DNA of 64,000 nucleotides from Gemmatimonadota bacterium (GCA_039584815.1 JBDGXC010000002.1:89508-153507), one strand, 5' to 3'; shown: positions 9,652-20,065, counted from the first letter of the stretch. Notes: generated from the sequence alone by a model not told the origin. Numbers and translations: made by a program.

Positions 9652-10217
9652 AAGCGTCGGGCGACTCGGCCTCTCTCCTGGTTCTCGGACTGGGCAACGT
9701 CCTCTGTAGCGACGACGGTCTCGGCGTGGCGGCGGTGGATCTCCTGGTGGGGCGGTACCGGCTACCGGAAAGCGTGCGGGTTATTGACGGCGGGACGCTG
9801 GGTTTGAGTCTGCTCTCCTATATACGTTCCTGCGACGACGTGATCCTCGTAGACGCAATCAGCGACGAGGGCCCACCGGGCACCTTCATTCGACTGGAGG
9901 GGACCGACGTGGCGCCGGCGGTGCGGAACCGCCTCTCCTGTCATCAGATCGGGGTGGCCGATCTATTGAACGCGCTGGACCTCTTGGATGAGGAGCCGCG
10001 GTCACTCACGCTGCTGGGGCTGATCCCGAAGACGCTTGAGCTGGGCCTCGGCCTGTCACCTCCGGTCGAGAACCAGCTTCCCGTGCTGGTGGAGAAGATC
10101 GCGGACGAGGCATACTGCCTGGGCCACCAGCTCCTTCCTCATGCCGGAATGCTGAGCACTGAGCACCAGCACCCATCCCGGGGCTCGCGGCCATGCAGGA
10201 CGCGCTCTGGACCGTGA
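9648..10217 (+). CDS. hupD: hydrogenase maturation protease
   Basis: ATGA overlap. LVLGLGNVLCSDDGLGVAAVD matches the HyaD/HybD endopeptidase signature (GxGNxxxxDDGxG). Confidence 0.85.
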   Translation: MKASGDSASLLVLGLGNVLCSDDGLGVAAVDLLVGRYRLPESVRVIDGGTLGLSLLSYIRSCDDVILVDAISDEGPPGTFIRLEGTDVAPAVRNRLSCHQIGVADLLNALDLLDEEPRSLTLLGLIPKTLELGLGLSPPVENQLPVLVEKIADEAYCLGHQLLPHAGMLSTEHQHPSRGSRPCRTRSGP

Positions 10218-10289
10218 CTGATCCTCGAGCCTGAGCCCGGTGCGGGTGTGTGCTACGCCGGGCTCCTCGGGCGCCCGACCGCTGAGAGG

Positions 10290-10604
10290 CTAGGTATCTG
10301 CCTCGTGGACCCCGCTGCGGCGTTCCTCAAGCCGGAGTAGCGCGTACATGAGCCACTGCGCGGGAAGAGGAATCACGAGCACGAGCACGACAACGGCGAG
10401 CAAGACGAGGAGGGCCACCTTGTATTCCGACGCGAGGGCCGGCTGTCGCAGGGTGTCAGCGATGAACCGGACGGTCCAGACACCTGCGAAGATGGCCCAC
10501 GCGGCGCTGACAAGAATGCCGAGGACCAGAGTCAGTCGAGGTCCCGCGCCCGCCGTCCAAGCCCTGGTAAGCAAGCTGGCGGGCAGCTTCGGAATGAGCC
10601 GCAA
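10290..10604 (-). CDS. small two-TM membrane protein (hypothetical)
   Basis: TTG start, with AAAGGGGA 6 nt upstream. Two predicted hydrophobic helices. No recognisable family. Weak call. Confidence 0.3.
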   Translation of the reverse strand: MRLIPKLPASLLTRAWTAGAGPRLTLVLGILVSAAWAIFAGVWTVRFIADTLRQPALASEYKVALLVLLAVVVLVLVIPLPAQWLMYALLRLEERRSGVHEADT

Positions 10605-10639
10605 CGCCGGTCCCCTTTACGAGTTCAGGCGCGGGTCGG

Positions 10640-11122
10640 TTGTCTAACCGTCCCGGGGCCGCCCCCAACACCCGGCGAGAAACTGGTTCGCGTCAGGGCC
10701 GAATGCAAGGTGAAGGAACCGATCTCAGGTGGCTGCCGATCGCAGGGATGCTGATGCTCGGGCTGTGGGCCTGTGACTCTGGAGATCTGCCGCGGGACTA
10801 CCGCGTGCTGGAGGTACCAGGGGCGAGCCTGGCGTCACCGGAAGCCCGAACTCGAGGCCGAGGCCTGTTTCTGGAGCACTGCGCCATCTGCCACGGGGAG
10901 CGGGCAAATGGACGAGGTCGTCGCAGCAACCTGTCGGTGAAGGCGGCTGACTTTACCGATCCCAGGTGGCGCGGGCGAATGAGCCCGAGGCGGGTTTTCT
11001 TCTCCGTACGGGAAGGCGTCGGGGGAACGCCGATGCCAGCATGGAGATTCTTCACTACTGACCAGGTCTGGGATCTGGTTGCATACGTGCTCTCGGTGGC
11101 CGAGTTGGGGCCGGGGACTTGA
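10640..11122 (+). CDS. class I c-type cytochrome, probable lipoprotein
   Basis: Single CAICHG haem-binding motif. Distal GTPMPAW Met-ligand motif. N-terminal hydrophobic segment ending ..LGLWAC. The exact start is uncertain (10640, 10700 or 10730). Confidence 0.7.
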   Translation: MSNRPGAAPNTRRETGSRQGRMQGEGTDLRWLPIAGMLMLGLWACDSGDLPRDYRVLEVPGASLASPEARTRGRGLFLEHCAICHGERANGRGRRSNLSVKAADFTDPRWRGRMSPRRVFFSVREGVGGTPMPAWRFFTTDQVWDLVAYVLSVAELGPGT

Positions 11123-11131
11123 GAGAGTCCA

Positions 11132-11389
11132 GTGCATGAGCTCAGCATAGCGCTGGATGTCTGCCGCATCACCGAGGAGCACGTCGGGCCGGACGCCCTG
11201 GCACGCGTGACGGCCGTCGGACTGGACGTCGGAGATCGGGCGGGCATCGAGATCGACAACCTGGAGTTCTGCCTCGAGGCGCTGCTCGGGAGCCCCCCGT
11301 TCGGAAACGCGGCTCCGAGCATCCGGCGGCTGTCGGGAGACGAGCTGAGGGTGACTTACGTGGAGGTGGAGGACGATGGCAGTCCGTAG
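11132..11389 (+). CDS. hypA: HypA-like hydrogenase nickel-insertion protein, lacking the zinc-finger module
   Basis: N-terminal MHELSIALDV matches the HypA Ni-binding MHE motif. The C terminus (RVTYVEVEDDG) resembles the HypA terminal strand. Only 85 aa, and the CxxC..CxxC motifs are absent. Confidence 0.5.
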   Translation: MHELSIALDVCRITEEHVGPDALARVTAVGLDVGDRAGIEIDNLEFCLEALLGSPPFGNAAPSIRRLSGDELRVTYVEVEDDGSP

Positions 11390-12053
11390 GATCGACGTTC
11401 GCGAAAAGGTGATGGCGAAGAACGACGAGCTGGCCGCGCGGGTCAGACATCGCCTGCACGCCCACGGGGTACCCTCCCTGAACCTCGTGTCGTCGCCCGG
11501 ATCCGGGAAGACGAGCCTGCTCGAACGGACCCTCGACGCGCTCGGCGACACCCTGCGCATGGCCGTGGTGACCGGAGACGTGCAGACTCAGAACGACGCC
11601 GACCGTCTCGCCGTGCGTACCGACCGTCTCGTGCAGGCGGTGGTCACCGGGGGAGCGTGCCACATGGACGCCCGCCAGATAGCCACCGCGCTCGACAAGA
11701 TCGATCTCGGCGACACCGACCTCCTGTTCGTCGAGAACGTCGGGAACCTCGTGTGCCCGGCCTCGTGGGATCTGGGGGAGAACGCCAAAGTCGTGATCTT
11801 CTCGGTGACCGAGGGAGAGGACAAGCCGCTCAAGTATCCCCGCATGTTCGAGCGCTCGGACTACTGCGTGATCAACAAGATCGACCTGCTGCCCTACCTG
11901 CCGTTCGCGATGGATCGTGCCGTGGACTACGCACGCGAGGTGAATCCCGCTCTGCGGTTCTTCCACACGTCCGCCCTCACCGGCGAGGGGATGATGGAGT
12001 GGTACGACTTCCTTGCCGATCTGGCCTGTCGGGAGGCGGAGTCGCCGGCTTGA
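11376..12053 (+). CDS. hypB: hydrogenase nickel incorporation GTPase HypB
   Basis: RIDVREKVMAKND, P-loop SSPGSGKTSLLE, metal-site CH..C, and the NKIDL motif. Overlaps hypA by 14 nt. Confidence 0.9.
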   Translation: MAVRRIDVREKVMAKNDELAARVRHRLHAHGVPSLNLVSSPGSGKTSLLERTLDALGDTLRMAVVTGDVQTQNDADRLAVRTDRLVQAVVTGGACHMDARQIATALDKIDLGDTDLLFVENVGNLVCPASWDLGENAKVVIFSVTEGEDKPLKYPRMFERSDYCVINKIDLLPYLPFAMDRAVDYAREVNPALRFFHTSALTGEGMMEWYDFLADLACREAESPA

Positions 12054-14464
12054 GCCGGGAAGTCCCGCTCTCCCGGCGATCCGCTCCGGACTCGCACTCA
12101 TACTCCGAGGGGATCGAAGCACGTCGCCTTCTGGTGACGGGTGTTGTGCAAGGCGTCGGGTTTCGGCCCTTCGTGCACCGCCTCGCGGGTCGGCACGAAT
12201 TGTCGGGCTGGGTCCGCAACGAGTCCGGTCGAGTGTTCATCGAGGTGGAGGGCGCGGCGACCGCGCTCGACGCCTTCACGGAAGCCCTGCGGAGCGAGGC
12301 GCCCGTGCTCGCTCGCCTGGACGAGGTAACCGTGGAGCGGGTGACGGCTCGCGGTGCAGAGGGGTTTCGCGTTCTGGAGAGCCGGGTGTCCCCGGGACGT
12401 CTGCCGGTGTCTCCGGATGTGTCCGTCTGCGAGGCCTGCAGGTCGGAGCTGTTCACGCCCACCGACCGCCGATACCGTTATCCCTTCATCACGTGCACCG
12501 ACTGCGGACCCCGCTACACGGTGATCGAATCCATGCCGTACGATCGGGAGCGCACCAGCATGCGCGCCTTTCCCCAGTGTCCTGCGTGCGAGCGCGAGTA
12601 CGGCGACCCGGCGGAACGCCGCTTTCACTCGGAGACGAACAGCTGCCCCGAATGCGGGCCGCGGGTGTGGGTAGCGGGACCGGACGGCGTGCCGATCGCA
12701 TCTGGCGACGAAGCTCTCACAGTCGCCGCGCGCCACCTGGAGGTGGACGCCGTGCTGGCGATTCGCGGGCTGGGTGGATACCACCTGGCCTGCGATGCCA
12801 CGAGCGATGCCGCGGTGAGCCGGCTGCGGTCTCGCAAGACGCGCGAGGGGAAGCCCCTGGCCGTGATGACGTTCGACCTGGCGGGAGCTCGGAGTCTCGG
12901 TCACGTCGGCGAGGTGGAGGAGAAGGCGCTGCTGGATCCGGCGCACCCGATCGTCCTGCTCCGCCGGCGAGCCGACAGCGCTCTGGCTCCGTCGGTGTCT
13001 CCGGGTCTCGATACCGTGGGCGTGATGCTGGCGTACACGCCGCTTCATCTGCTGCTACTCGAGCGCGTCGGCCGCCCCCTCGTGATGACCAGCGGCAACG
13101 TCAGCGACCTTCCCATCTGCACGTCGAACCGGGAAGCCGAGCGGAAGCTGTCCGGCGTGGCGAGCGCCTTCCTGATGCACGACCGCGAGATCGTGTCACG
13201 GTATGATGACTCGGTGGTCCGCGTGATCAGGGGCGCCCCCGTGTTTCTCCGCCGTGCAAGGGGATACGCGCCGTTGCCGGTGCCCCTTCCGGTTCCCACA
13301 CCCGAGCCCCTGCTCGCTGTGGGACCTCACCTGAAGAACACGTTCACGCTGGCGGCCGGGACCAGCGCGTTCGTGAGCCAGCATGTAGGGGACCTGGAGA
13401 ACGTCGAGACGCTCGATCATTTCCGTGACTCCCTCGTGCGGTTCAAGGGCCTGTTCCGGATCGAGCCGGTGGTCGTGGCCCGCGATCGCCACCCCGGGTA
13501 CCTGTCCAGCAGAATCGCGGAAGAGCTGGGGCTGGCCAGGGTCGTGGACGTCCAGCATCACCACGCACACGTGGCGGCGGTAGCGGCCGAGCACGGGATC
13601 ACACAGCCAGTGGTGGGTGTGGCGTACGACGGGACCGGTTACGGCGACGACGGCCACACATGGGGCGCCGAGATCCTGGTCGCGGACCTGGCGAATTATC
13701 GTCGCGTGGCTCAGCTGCGATACGCGCCGATGCCGGGCGGCGACCTGGCGGCGCGGCGACCGTGGCGCGCCGCTGCGGGCTACCGTTCACTGGATCGCCA
13801 TCATGCCGATGCCTTCGCCGGGGCGCTCAGCGAAGTCCCGGAGAGCGAACTGAGCGTGGTAGAGGCGCAGATCGAACGACGGGTCAACGCACCGCTGGCC
13901 TCGTCCATGGGCCGGCTGTTCGATGCGGCCGCCGCCATCCTGGGGATCCGGGGCGTTGCCACGTACGAGGGCCAGGCGGCGATGGAGCTCGAAGCGCTGG
14001 CCTCCGTCTCCGTGGTGGAGGGCTCCGTCTTGCGTGGCGACCCGTCCGATCTGGTAACGCGACGGGACGCGGCGGCGGACCGCTTCCCGGTGCTCGAGTT
14101 TCCGTTCTCGGAGGCGTCGGGGGAGGTGTGGGTGATGGATCCCGTCCCCCTCCTCGTGGAGCTGGGGGGCCGCGCGACATCGGGCGAGCGGCCGGGTGAT
14201 TTGGCGGCTGCCTTCCACCTCGCGGTGGGCCGCACGACCATTGAGCTGACGCACCGGGCCTGCCGGCGCAGCGGCATCGACCGGGTGGTGCTGGGCGGAG
14301 GCGTCTTCCAGAACGCGCTCCTGTTGGCGATCGTGGAGGCTGGCCTTGTGGATCGCGGCTTGCAGGTGTTCGCGCCCGAGCGCCTCGGACCGAACGATGG
14401 AAGCATCAGCTACGGGCAGGCGGCGGTCGCGGCCGCTTGCCTGGCCGCCGAGCGGGGGAGGTGA
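12050..14464 (+). CDS. hypF: carbamoyltransferase HypF
   Basis: Acylphosphatase domain (VQGVGFRPFV). Two Zn fingers (CEAC..CTDCGPRY; CPAC..CPECGP). YrdC-like and Kae1-like domains. The probable start is a TTG overlapping the hypB stop (TTGA). The upstream part of the listed ORF (11657 onward) overlaps hypB in another frame and is not coding. Confidence 0.88.
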   Translation: MSREVPLSRRSAPDSHSYSEGIEARRLLVTGVVQGVGFRPFVHRLAGRHELSGWVRNESGRVFIEVEGAATALDAFTEALRSEAPVLARLDEVTVERVTARGAEGFRVLESRVSPGRLPVSPDVSVCEACRSELFTPTDRRYRYPFITCTDCGPRYTVIESMPYDRERTSMRAFPQCPACEREYGDPAERRFHSETNSCPECGPRVWVAGPDGVPIASGDEALTVAARHLEVDAVLAIRGLGGYHLACDATSDAAVSRLRSRKTREGKPLAVMTFDLAGARSLGHVGEVEEKALLDPAHPIVLLRRRADSALAPSVSPGLDTVGVMLAYTPLHLLLLERVGRPLVMTSGNVSDLPICTSNREAERKLSGVASAFLMHDREIVSRYDDSVVRVIRGAPVFLRRARGYAPLPVPLPVPTPEPLLAVGPHLKNTFTLAAGTSAFVSQHVGDLENVETLDHFRDSLVRFKGLFRIEPVVVARDRHPGYLSSRIAEELGLARVVDVQHHHAHVAAVAAEHGITQPVVGVAYDGTGYGDDGHTWGAEILVADLANYRRVAQLRYAPMPGGDLAARRPWRAAAGYRSLDRHHADAFAGALSEVPESELSVVEAQIERRVNAPLASSMGRLFDAAAAILGIRGVATYEGQAAMELEALASVSVVEGSVLRGDPSDLVTRRDAAADRFPVLEFPFSEASGEVWVMDPVPLLVELGGRATSGERPGDLAAAFHLAVGRTTIELTHRACRRSGIDRVVLGGGVFQNALLLAIVEAGLVDRGLQVFAPERLGPNDGSISYGQAAVAAACLAAERGR

Positions 14465-14469
14465 CTGCC

Positions 14470-14799
14470 ATGTGTCTCGGGATTCCGGGTAAGGTGACGG
14501 AGGTGTATCCGAACGAGGGCCTGGCCATGGGAATGGTCGACTTCGGCGGCGTGCGTCGCGAGGTTTGCCTGGCCTACGTGGCGGATGAGGTCGACGCGGG
14601 AGACTACGTGGTCGTACACGTCGGGTTCGCCATTTCCAGGGTGGATGAGGAAGAAGCCCGCCGCACGTTCCAGCTGCTCCAGGAGCTCGGGCAGACGGAC
14701 GAGCTCGACTGGATGCGAGAGATGGCCGAGCAGAGCCTCGCCGGCATGGACGACGCCGCGGACGCCAGGGAGGGCGAGAGCGCCGGGGGGACGGCATGA
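14470..14799 (+). CDS. hypC: hydrogenase assembly chaperone HypC/HupF
   Basis: [10 protein letters not shown] terminus (the Cys2 signature). Acidic C-terminal extension. Confidence 0.85.
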   Translation: MCLGIPGKVTEVYPNEGLAMGMVDFGGVRREVCLAYVADEVDAGDYVVVHVGFAISRVDEEEARRTFQLLQELGQTDELDWMREMAEQSLAGMDDAADAREGESAGGTA

Positions 14800-15908
14800 A
14801 GTATCTGAGCGAGTATCGGGATCCCCAGCTCGCCCGGACACTCGTCGACCGGATCCTCGCAACGGCCAGCCGGCCACGGGTGCTCATGGAGGTGTGCGGC
14901 GGACAGACGCACACGATCGTCCGGCAGGGGCTGCAAGAGCTGCTGCGGGACGCGGTGGAGATGATCCACGGGCCAGGCTGTCCGGTGTGCGTCACGCCAC
15001 TCGAGCAGATCGATCGCGCCCTGCACCTGGCGGCGCGTCCGGAGATCATCTTCACGTCGTTCGGCGACATGCTTCGGGTGCCCGGCAGCGATAGCGATCT
15101 CTTCCAGGTGCGAGCGGCGGGAGGAGACGTCCGCGTGGTGTACTCGCCCCTCGACGCCCTGGCCATCGCGAGGCGCAACCCGGATCGCGAAGTGGTGTTC
15201 TTCGCGGTCGGTTTCGAGACGACGGCGCCCGCCAACGCCATGGCCGTGTGGCAGGCGCGCGAGCTTGGAGTCGGCAATTTCAGCGTGCTCGTGTCTCATG
15301 TGACCGTTCCGCCAGCCATCGAAGCGATCCTCGATTCGCCGGACAACCGTGTAGAGGGCTTCCTGGCGGCGGGCCATGTGTGCACGGTCATGGGGTGGAG
15401 GGAATACGAGCCCCTGGCTGCGCGGTACGGCGTTCCGATCGTCGTCACCGGTTTCGAGCCGGTCGACATCCTCGAAGGGATCTACATGGCGGTGCGGCAG
15501 CTCGAGGAAGGCCGGGCCGAGGTGGAGAACCAGTACGCCCGATCGGTGCGCAGGGAAGGAAACGAGCCCGCGCAGGAGCTGGTGTCGCAGGTCTTTCGGC
15601 TGGTGGATCGGGCGTGGCGCGGAGTCGGCGAGATCCCGGCCAGCGGGCTCGGGTTGCGGGAGGAGTTCACCGCGTTCGACGCCGAGCGAAAGTTCGAGCT
15701 CCAGGACATTCGGGCCACGGAGCCGGAGGACTGCATGGCGGGAGCCGTCCTGCGCGGCCGGATCAAGCCCATCGAGTGTCCGGCGTTCGGCAGCGCGTGC
15801 ACTCCCGAGAGCCCGCTCGGAGCGCCGATGGTGTCATCCGAGGGCGCCTGCGCGGCCTATTACAACTACGCCCGCTTCCAGCTGAAACCGACGGGAGATC
15901 CGGCGTGA
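14796..15908 (+). CDS. hypD: hydrogenase formation protein HypD
   Basis: ATGA overlap. Motifs [13 protein letters not shown], and [11 protein letters not shown]. Confidence 0.9.
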   Translation: MKYLSEYRDPQLARTLVDRILATASRPRVLMEVCGGQTHTIVRQGLQELLRDAVEMIHGPGCPVCVTPLEQIDRALHLAARPEIIFTSFGDMLRVPGSDSDLFQVRAAGGDVRVVYSPLDALAIARRNPDREVVFFAVGFETTAPANAMAVWQARELGVGNFSVLVSHVTVPPAIEAILDSPDNRVEGFLAAGHVCTVMGWREYEPLAARYGVPIVVTGFEPVDILEGIYMAVRQLEEGRAEVENQYARSVRREGNEPAQELVSQVFRLVDRAWRGVGEIPASGLGLREEFTAFDAERKFELQDIRATEPEDCMAGAVLRGRIKPIECPAFGSACTPESPLGAPMVSSEGACAAYYNYARFQLKPTGDPA

Positions 15909-17011
15909 CGGACGGCTCTGCCGGGGCACGACCCGGAGCGGCGAGTGAGGGAGTCGCCCGGATCGCCGCCGCGGGGCTGTCCTGCCCGGCGCCCGCCGGA
16001 CCGGCGAGCCGGGTGCTGCTGGGCCACGGCTCAGGCGGGAAGCTGAGCGCGGCTCTGCTCAGGGAACGGTTCCTTCCTCGCTTCGCGAACGACATCCTGT
16101 CGGCGCTCGGCGACGCCGCGATCGTGGACGTGCCGGGCAGCCAGGTCGCCGTGTCGACGGACACGTTCGTCGTCAGCCCGCTGGAGTTTCCCGGGGGTAA
16201 CATCGGGCACCTGGCGGTGCACGGCACGGTCAACGATCTGGCCATGATGGGAGCCTCGCCCCTGTGCCTGGCGGCCGGCTTCATCCTCGAGGAAGGCCTG
16301 CCGTTCGACGTTCTGGACCGGGTGCTCGACGCCATGGCCGACGCCAGCGCGGCCGCCGGCGTTCCCGTAGTCACCGGCGACACCAAGGTGGTGGAACGCG
16401 GCAAGGCGGACGGGATGTTCATCAACACGACAGGCATCGGCCGGCTCGAGGAGCAGTTTCGACCGGCTCCGGACCGGGCTCGCCCGGGGGACGCCGTGAT
16501 CATATCCGGACCCATAGGACGACACGGAATCGCGATCATGGCTGCGCGCGAGGATCTGCGGTTCGAGGTGGAATTGGAGAGCGACACCGCCAACCTCGTT
16601 CCCCTCGTGCGGCTTCTCCACGAAGCCTGTGGGGATTCCGTGCATTGCCTGCGCGATCCGACACGGGGCGGAGTCGCCAGCGCCCTGAACGAGATCGCGG
16701 CCGCCTCGGGAGTCGGAGTGGAACTGGAGGAAGAGGCGCTGCCCGTTCCGGTCCCGGTGCGCGCCGCCTGCGAGGTGCTCGGCCTCGATCCTCTCTACGT
16801 GGCAAACGAAGGCATCCTCGTAGCGATCGTCGATCCCGAGCTGGCCTTGGAGGCGGTGGCGGTCCTGCGGGACCATCCGGGCGGCGCCGGGGCGGCCCGG
16901 ATCGGATTCGTGAGCGGGGACCGTCCCGGGCTGGTATCGCTCCGGACCGGCCTCGGATCCCGTAGGGTCGTGGACATGCTTCCGGGCGATCAGTTGCCGC
17001 GCATCTGTTGA
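15905..17011 (+). CDS. hypE: hydrogenase expression/formation protein HypE
   Basis: GTGA overlap with hypD. AIR-synthase-like fold. The C-terminal ..PRIC Cys is the cyanation site. An alternative GTG at 16013 would give an N terminus of the E. coli type (LLGHGSGGK). Confidence 0.9.
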   Translation: MTDGSAGARPGAASEGVARIAAAGLSCPAPAGPASRVLLGHGSGGKLSAALLRERFLPRFANDILSALGDAAIVDVPGSQVAVSTDTFVVSPLEFPGGNIGHLAVHGTVNDLAMMGASPLCLAAGFILEEGLPFDVLDRVLDAMADASAAAGVPVVTGDTKVVERGKADGMFINTTGIGRLEEQFRPAPDRARPGDAVIISGPIGRHGIAIMAAREDLRFEVELESDTANLVPLVRLLHEACGDSVHCLRDPTRGGVASALNEIAAASGVGVELEEEALPVPVPVRAACEVLGLDPLYVANEGILVAIVDPELALEAVAVLRDHPGGAGAARIGFVSGDRPGLVSLRTGLGSRRVVDMLPGDQLPRIC

Positions 17012-17039
17012 CCCGCCCGCCCGATTCACCCCCGTGAGG

Positions 17040-17072
17040 TTGACGAAGCGGGCACATCGATTCATTATAATG
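17040..17072 (+). promoter_or_regulatory. sigma70-like promoter upstream of rpmE
   Basis: TTGACG at 17040-17045. TATAAT at 17066-17071 (CATTAT at 17063-17068 gives a 17-nt spacer). About 80 nt upstream of the rpmE ATG. Confidence 0.45.
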
Positions 17073-17153
17073 CGTTTAGCACCCTGCGTTCCCCGCACGG
17101 GAGGACGCAGGGCGCGTCTGTAGATATGAGTGGGTACCGAGGCGGAGCATACG

Positions 17154-17477
17154 ATGAAGCCAGGCATTCATCCGGAATACAAGTCGTCCAGAATCACGTG
17201 CGCGTGCGGCCGCGTCTCCGAGACGTACGCGACCGTGGACGAGCTGCACGTCGAGATCTGCTCGCACTGTCATCCGTTCTTCACGGGGCGCCAGAAGCTG
17301 GTGGACACTGCCGGGCGCGTGGAGCGGTTCCGGCGCAAGTACGGCACGGGCGCGGCCGTGGAGGAGGAGGCTCTCGCGCAGGAGTCGGACGGAGACCCGG
17401 CCGCCGAGGAAGCACGTACGGACGACGCGGACGTCGAGACGGTAGCGGCCGGCGAAGCCGAGACACCTGCCGACTGA
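17154..17477 (+). CDS. rpmE: 50S ribosomal protein L31 (zinc-ribbon C+ form) with acidic C-terminal tail
   Basis: [35 protein letters not shown]. About 40 aa D/E-rich extension. Confidence 0.9.
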   Translation: MKPGIHPEYKSSRITCACGRVSETYATVDELHVEICSHCHPFFTGRQKLVDTAGRVERFRRKYGTGAAVEEEALAQESDGDPAAEEARTDDADVETVAAGEAETPAD

Positions 17478-17483
17478 CGTCGA

Positions 17484-17503
17484 GGGACGCCGGACAGCGT
17501 CCC
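17484..17503 (+). terminator. stem-loop after rpmE (possible weak terminator or attenuator)
   Basis: GGGACGC-cggaca-GCGTCCC, a perfect 7-bp stem, followed by a poor T-tract. Confidence 0.25.
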
Positions 17504-17529
17504 GCTCATCCGCTTTCCTGTAGCCCGAT

Positions 17530-18621
17530 ATGGCTGATCCTTCCCCGCTGGTATCCCGAGTCGAGGCGGCCGTGGCGGCCCACACGGAGCTGGCGGTTCG
17601 TCTGGCAGATCCGGCGGTCCTGGACGATCTGCCTCGTCTTCGAAAGCTTGCCCGACAGCACTCCGAGCTGGAGACCCTCGTCGAGGCGGGTCGTCGGTAC
17701 CTTAAGCTGCTCGACGACCTCGCCCAGGCCCGGGAGGTGGCGGCGTCCGCCGAGGACGGAGAGCTGAGGGGCCTGGCGCACGCTGAAGTCGACGCTCTCA
17801 CGGCCGAGCGGGAAGCTCTCGAAGCCCGAGTCCGCCGCCTGCTGGTGCCGAAGGATCCCCTCGACGATCGTCCCGCCGTGGTCGAGATCCGTGCCGGGGC
17901 GGGCGGGGACGAGGCAGGGTTGTTCGCCGCCGATCTGTTCCGCATGTACGGGCGGTACGCGGACGAGCGGGGCTGGGACGTCGAGGTGGTGTCGACGAGT
18001 GAGGGCGCCCTGGGAGGCGTGAAGGAGGTCATCTTCGTGGTCCGCGGCTCCGACGCCTACGGGCTCCTGCGATACGAGTCCGGCGTGCACCGGGTGCAGC
18101 GCGTACCGGTCACGGAGAGCTCCGGCCGCATCCACACATCCGCGGCCAGCGTTGCCGTCCTTCCGGAGGCGGAGGAAGTCGACGTCGTGATCGAACCCGA
18201 CGAGCTCAAGATCGACGTCTTCCGGTCGTCCGGTCCGGGAGGACAGTCCGTCAACACGACCGATTCGGCGGTCAGGGTCACCCACATCCCCACCGGACTC
18301 GTCGTGTCCTGCCAGGACGAGAAATCGCAGCACAAGAACAAGGCGAAAGCTCTCAAGGTGCTGCGAAGCCGCCTGCTGGATCGCGAGGTCGCCGAACAGG
18401 AAGCCCGGCGATCCCGCGAACGTCGGGCACACGTGGGGACGGGGGACCGATCGGCCAAGATCCGTACGTACAATTTTCCGCAGAATCGGGTCACCGACCA
18501 TCGGATTGGATTGACGCTGCACCGACTGGAAGCCGTGTTGGGTGGCGACCTCGACGAGCTCATCGAAGCCCTGGGCGCGGCGGGCCTCGAGGAGCGGTTG
18601 CACGAGGACGAGAACAGGTGA
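17530..18621 (+). CDS. prfA: peptide chain release factor 1
   Basis: GGQ motif ([23 protein letters not shown]). RF-1 PxT-type domain. 363 aa. Confidence 0.95.
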   Translation: MADPSPLVSRVEAAVAAHTELAVRLADPAVLDDLPRLRKLARQHSELETLVEAGRRYLKLLDDLAQAREVAASAEDGELRGLAHAEVDALTAEREALEARVRRLLVPKDPLDDRPAVVEIRAGAGGDEAGLFAADLFRMYGRYADERGWDVEVVSTSEGALGGVKEVIFVVRGSDAYGLLRYESGVHRVQRVPVTESSGRIHTSAASVAVLPEAEEVDVVIEPDELKIDVFRSSGPGGQSVNTTDSAVRVTHIPTGLVVSCQDEKSQHKNKAKALKVLRSRLLDREVAEQEARRSRERRAHVGTGDRSAKIRTYNFPQNRVTDHRIGLTLHRLEAVLGGDLDELIEALGAAGLEERLHEDENR

Positions 18622-19556
18622 ACCGTCCCCCGGTGGTTCCGCCGCCGGCGCCGAGCCGACGCGAGGTACTCGAAGGCCTGACGAAGGAATTGACGGTCGG
18701 TGGTGTGGAGGCGCCCCGCCAGGAAGCCGAGCGGCTCCTGGCCTACGTGCTCGGGGAGACTCGCGGGAGCTTGCTGCTGTGCCTCGACACGCCCGTCGAG
18801 CCGTCCGAGGCCGGTCAGGTGGCGACCCTGGTGGGACGCCGGCTGGCCGGCGTCCCTCTGCAACACTTGGAAGGCACCGTCGCGTTTCGCGACCTGATCC
18901 TCCTATGCGACCACCGAGCGCTGATTCCCCGGCCGGAGACCGAGCAGCTGGTCGAGCAGGTAGCCGCGTGGGCGGCCGGCCGTGACGTCCGGGCTGGCGT
19001 GCGTATCGTCCGGCGTCCGAAGCGATCGGCGGCCCGCCTGGGATGCGCCCTCGACATCGGTACCGGAAGCGGCGCCATCGCACTCTCACTGGTCGGTGAG
19101 GGCATCGTGCGCCGGGCCGTCGGGCTCGACATGGCACCCGAAGCTCTCGAGCAGGCGACGGAGAACCGCGGGCTGGCCGGTCTGGAGGACTCGGTGGAGT
19201 TTCGCGCGGTCGATCGGTTCGCGTGGGACGCCGTTCCGCCGGCGGAGAGGTACGACGTCATCGTGTCCAACCCGCCGTACGTGAGCGATGCCGAGCTGGC
19301 GGACCTGCCGCGGGAGGTCCTGGCGCATGAGCCGCGCCTGGCGCTCACCGGCGGTTCGGACGGATTGGACGTGGTGCGGGAGATCGCGCACGGAGCGCGC
19401 CGGCATCTGCGACCCGCTGGCGGCCTGTTTCTCGAGATCGGATCCGCACAGGGAAGCGCCGTACAGGACATCCTGTTGTCGAGCGGTCCGTGGAACATTG
19501 TGGAAGTGCGTCCCGACCTGGCGGGACACGATCGATTCGCCGTTGCGCTTGCCTGA
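18618..19556 (+). CDS. prmC: release factor glutamine methyltransferase
   Basis: GTGA overlap with prfA. SAM motif [10 protein letters not shown] and NPPY. Confidence 0.9.
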   Translation: MNRPPVVPPPAPSRREVLEGLTKELTVGGVEAPRQEAERLLAYVLGETRGSLLLCLDTPVEPSEAGQVATLVGRRLAGVPLQHLEGTVAFRDLILLCDHRALIPRPETEQLVEQVAAWAAGRDVRAGVRIVRRPKRSAARLGCALDIGTGSGAIALSLVGEGIVRRAVGLDMAPEALEQATENRGLAGLEDSVEFRAVDRFAWDAVPPAERYDVIVSNPPYVSDAELADLPREVLAHEPRLALTGGSDGLDVVREIAHGARRHLRPAGGLFLEIGSAQGSAVQDILLSSGPWNIVEVRPDLAGHDRFAVALA

Positions 19557-19675
19557 CACGACACCGGGCGACCGGCGGTCCGAGCACCGGGAATGCCGGT
19601 CGCGGTACCGGGACTCCGACCGTATGTTGCACGACTGTCGGGGAGTCGGCCTGACCGCCCCGCCGCTTCACCTAC

Positions 19676-20065
19676 ATGGAGGGGAAAGAGATGGAAGCCT
19701 CCGATCGAGACCGGATCTTCGAGCGGGCCGGAGACGTCGGACGGCTCCTGTCGCAGGCGCCCGAGTACGGGTATCTGCGAGCCGCCATGCGGGACATCGA
19801 CGGTGATGAGGAGGCGAAGGGGCAGCTGGATCGGATCCGGGAGCTGCAGGAGAAGCTGATCGGGTTCCTCGAGCGTGATGAAGAGCCCCCGGAGGAGCTT
19901 CGCCAGGAGCTAGGCACGCGGAGCGAGGAGATGCAGGCCAGCTCTCGCTACCAGTCTCTCATTTCAGCGCAGGCGAACTTCGACCGGCTGATGGAAAAGG
20001 TCAACCAGGCGATCGCCCGCGGCTTGAAGGAGGGCGAGAAGTCGAGGATCATTCTCCCTTCATGA
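19676..20065 (+). CDS. YlbF/YmcA-like (UPF0342) protein
   Basis: GGAGGGG RBS. SQAPEY..DEEA region resembles the Com_YlbF family. Low confidence. Confidence 0.4.
   Translation: MEGKEMEASDRDRIFERAGDVGRLLSQAPEYGYLRAAMRDIDGDEEAKGQLDRIRELQEKLIGFLERDEEPPEELRQELGTRSEEMQASSRYQSLISAQANFDRLMEKVNQAIARGLKEGEKSRIILPS

Noticed and set aside
11657-12049. Upstream extension of the hypF ORF
   Set aside because: It overlaps hypB in a different frame. The HypF acylphosphatase domain begins after 12050.
12141-14199. Numerous 60-400 aa ORFs on both strands inside hypF (and similarly inside ctp, glgB, GH57, mutS2)
   Set aside because: Out-of-frame or antisense to strongly supported genes. Compositional artefacts.
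15248-15904. Upstream extension of the hypE ORF
   Set aside because: It overlaps hypD. The HypE homology starts near 15905-16013.
17071-17090. CIRCE-like half site TTAGCACCC
   Set aside because: There is no matching GAGTGCTAA partner. The local inverted repeat is CCCTGCGT/ACGCAGGG instead.
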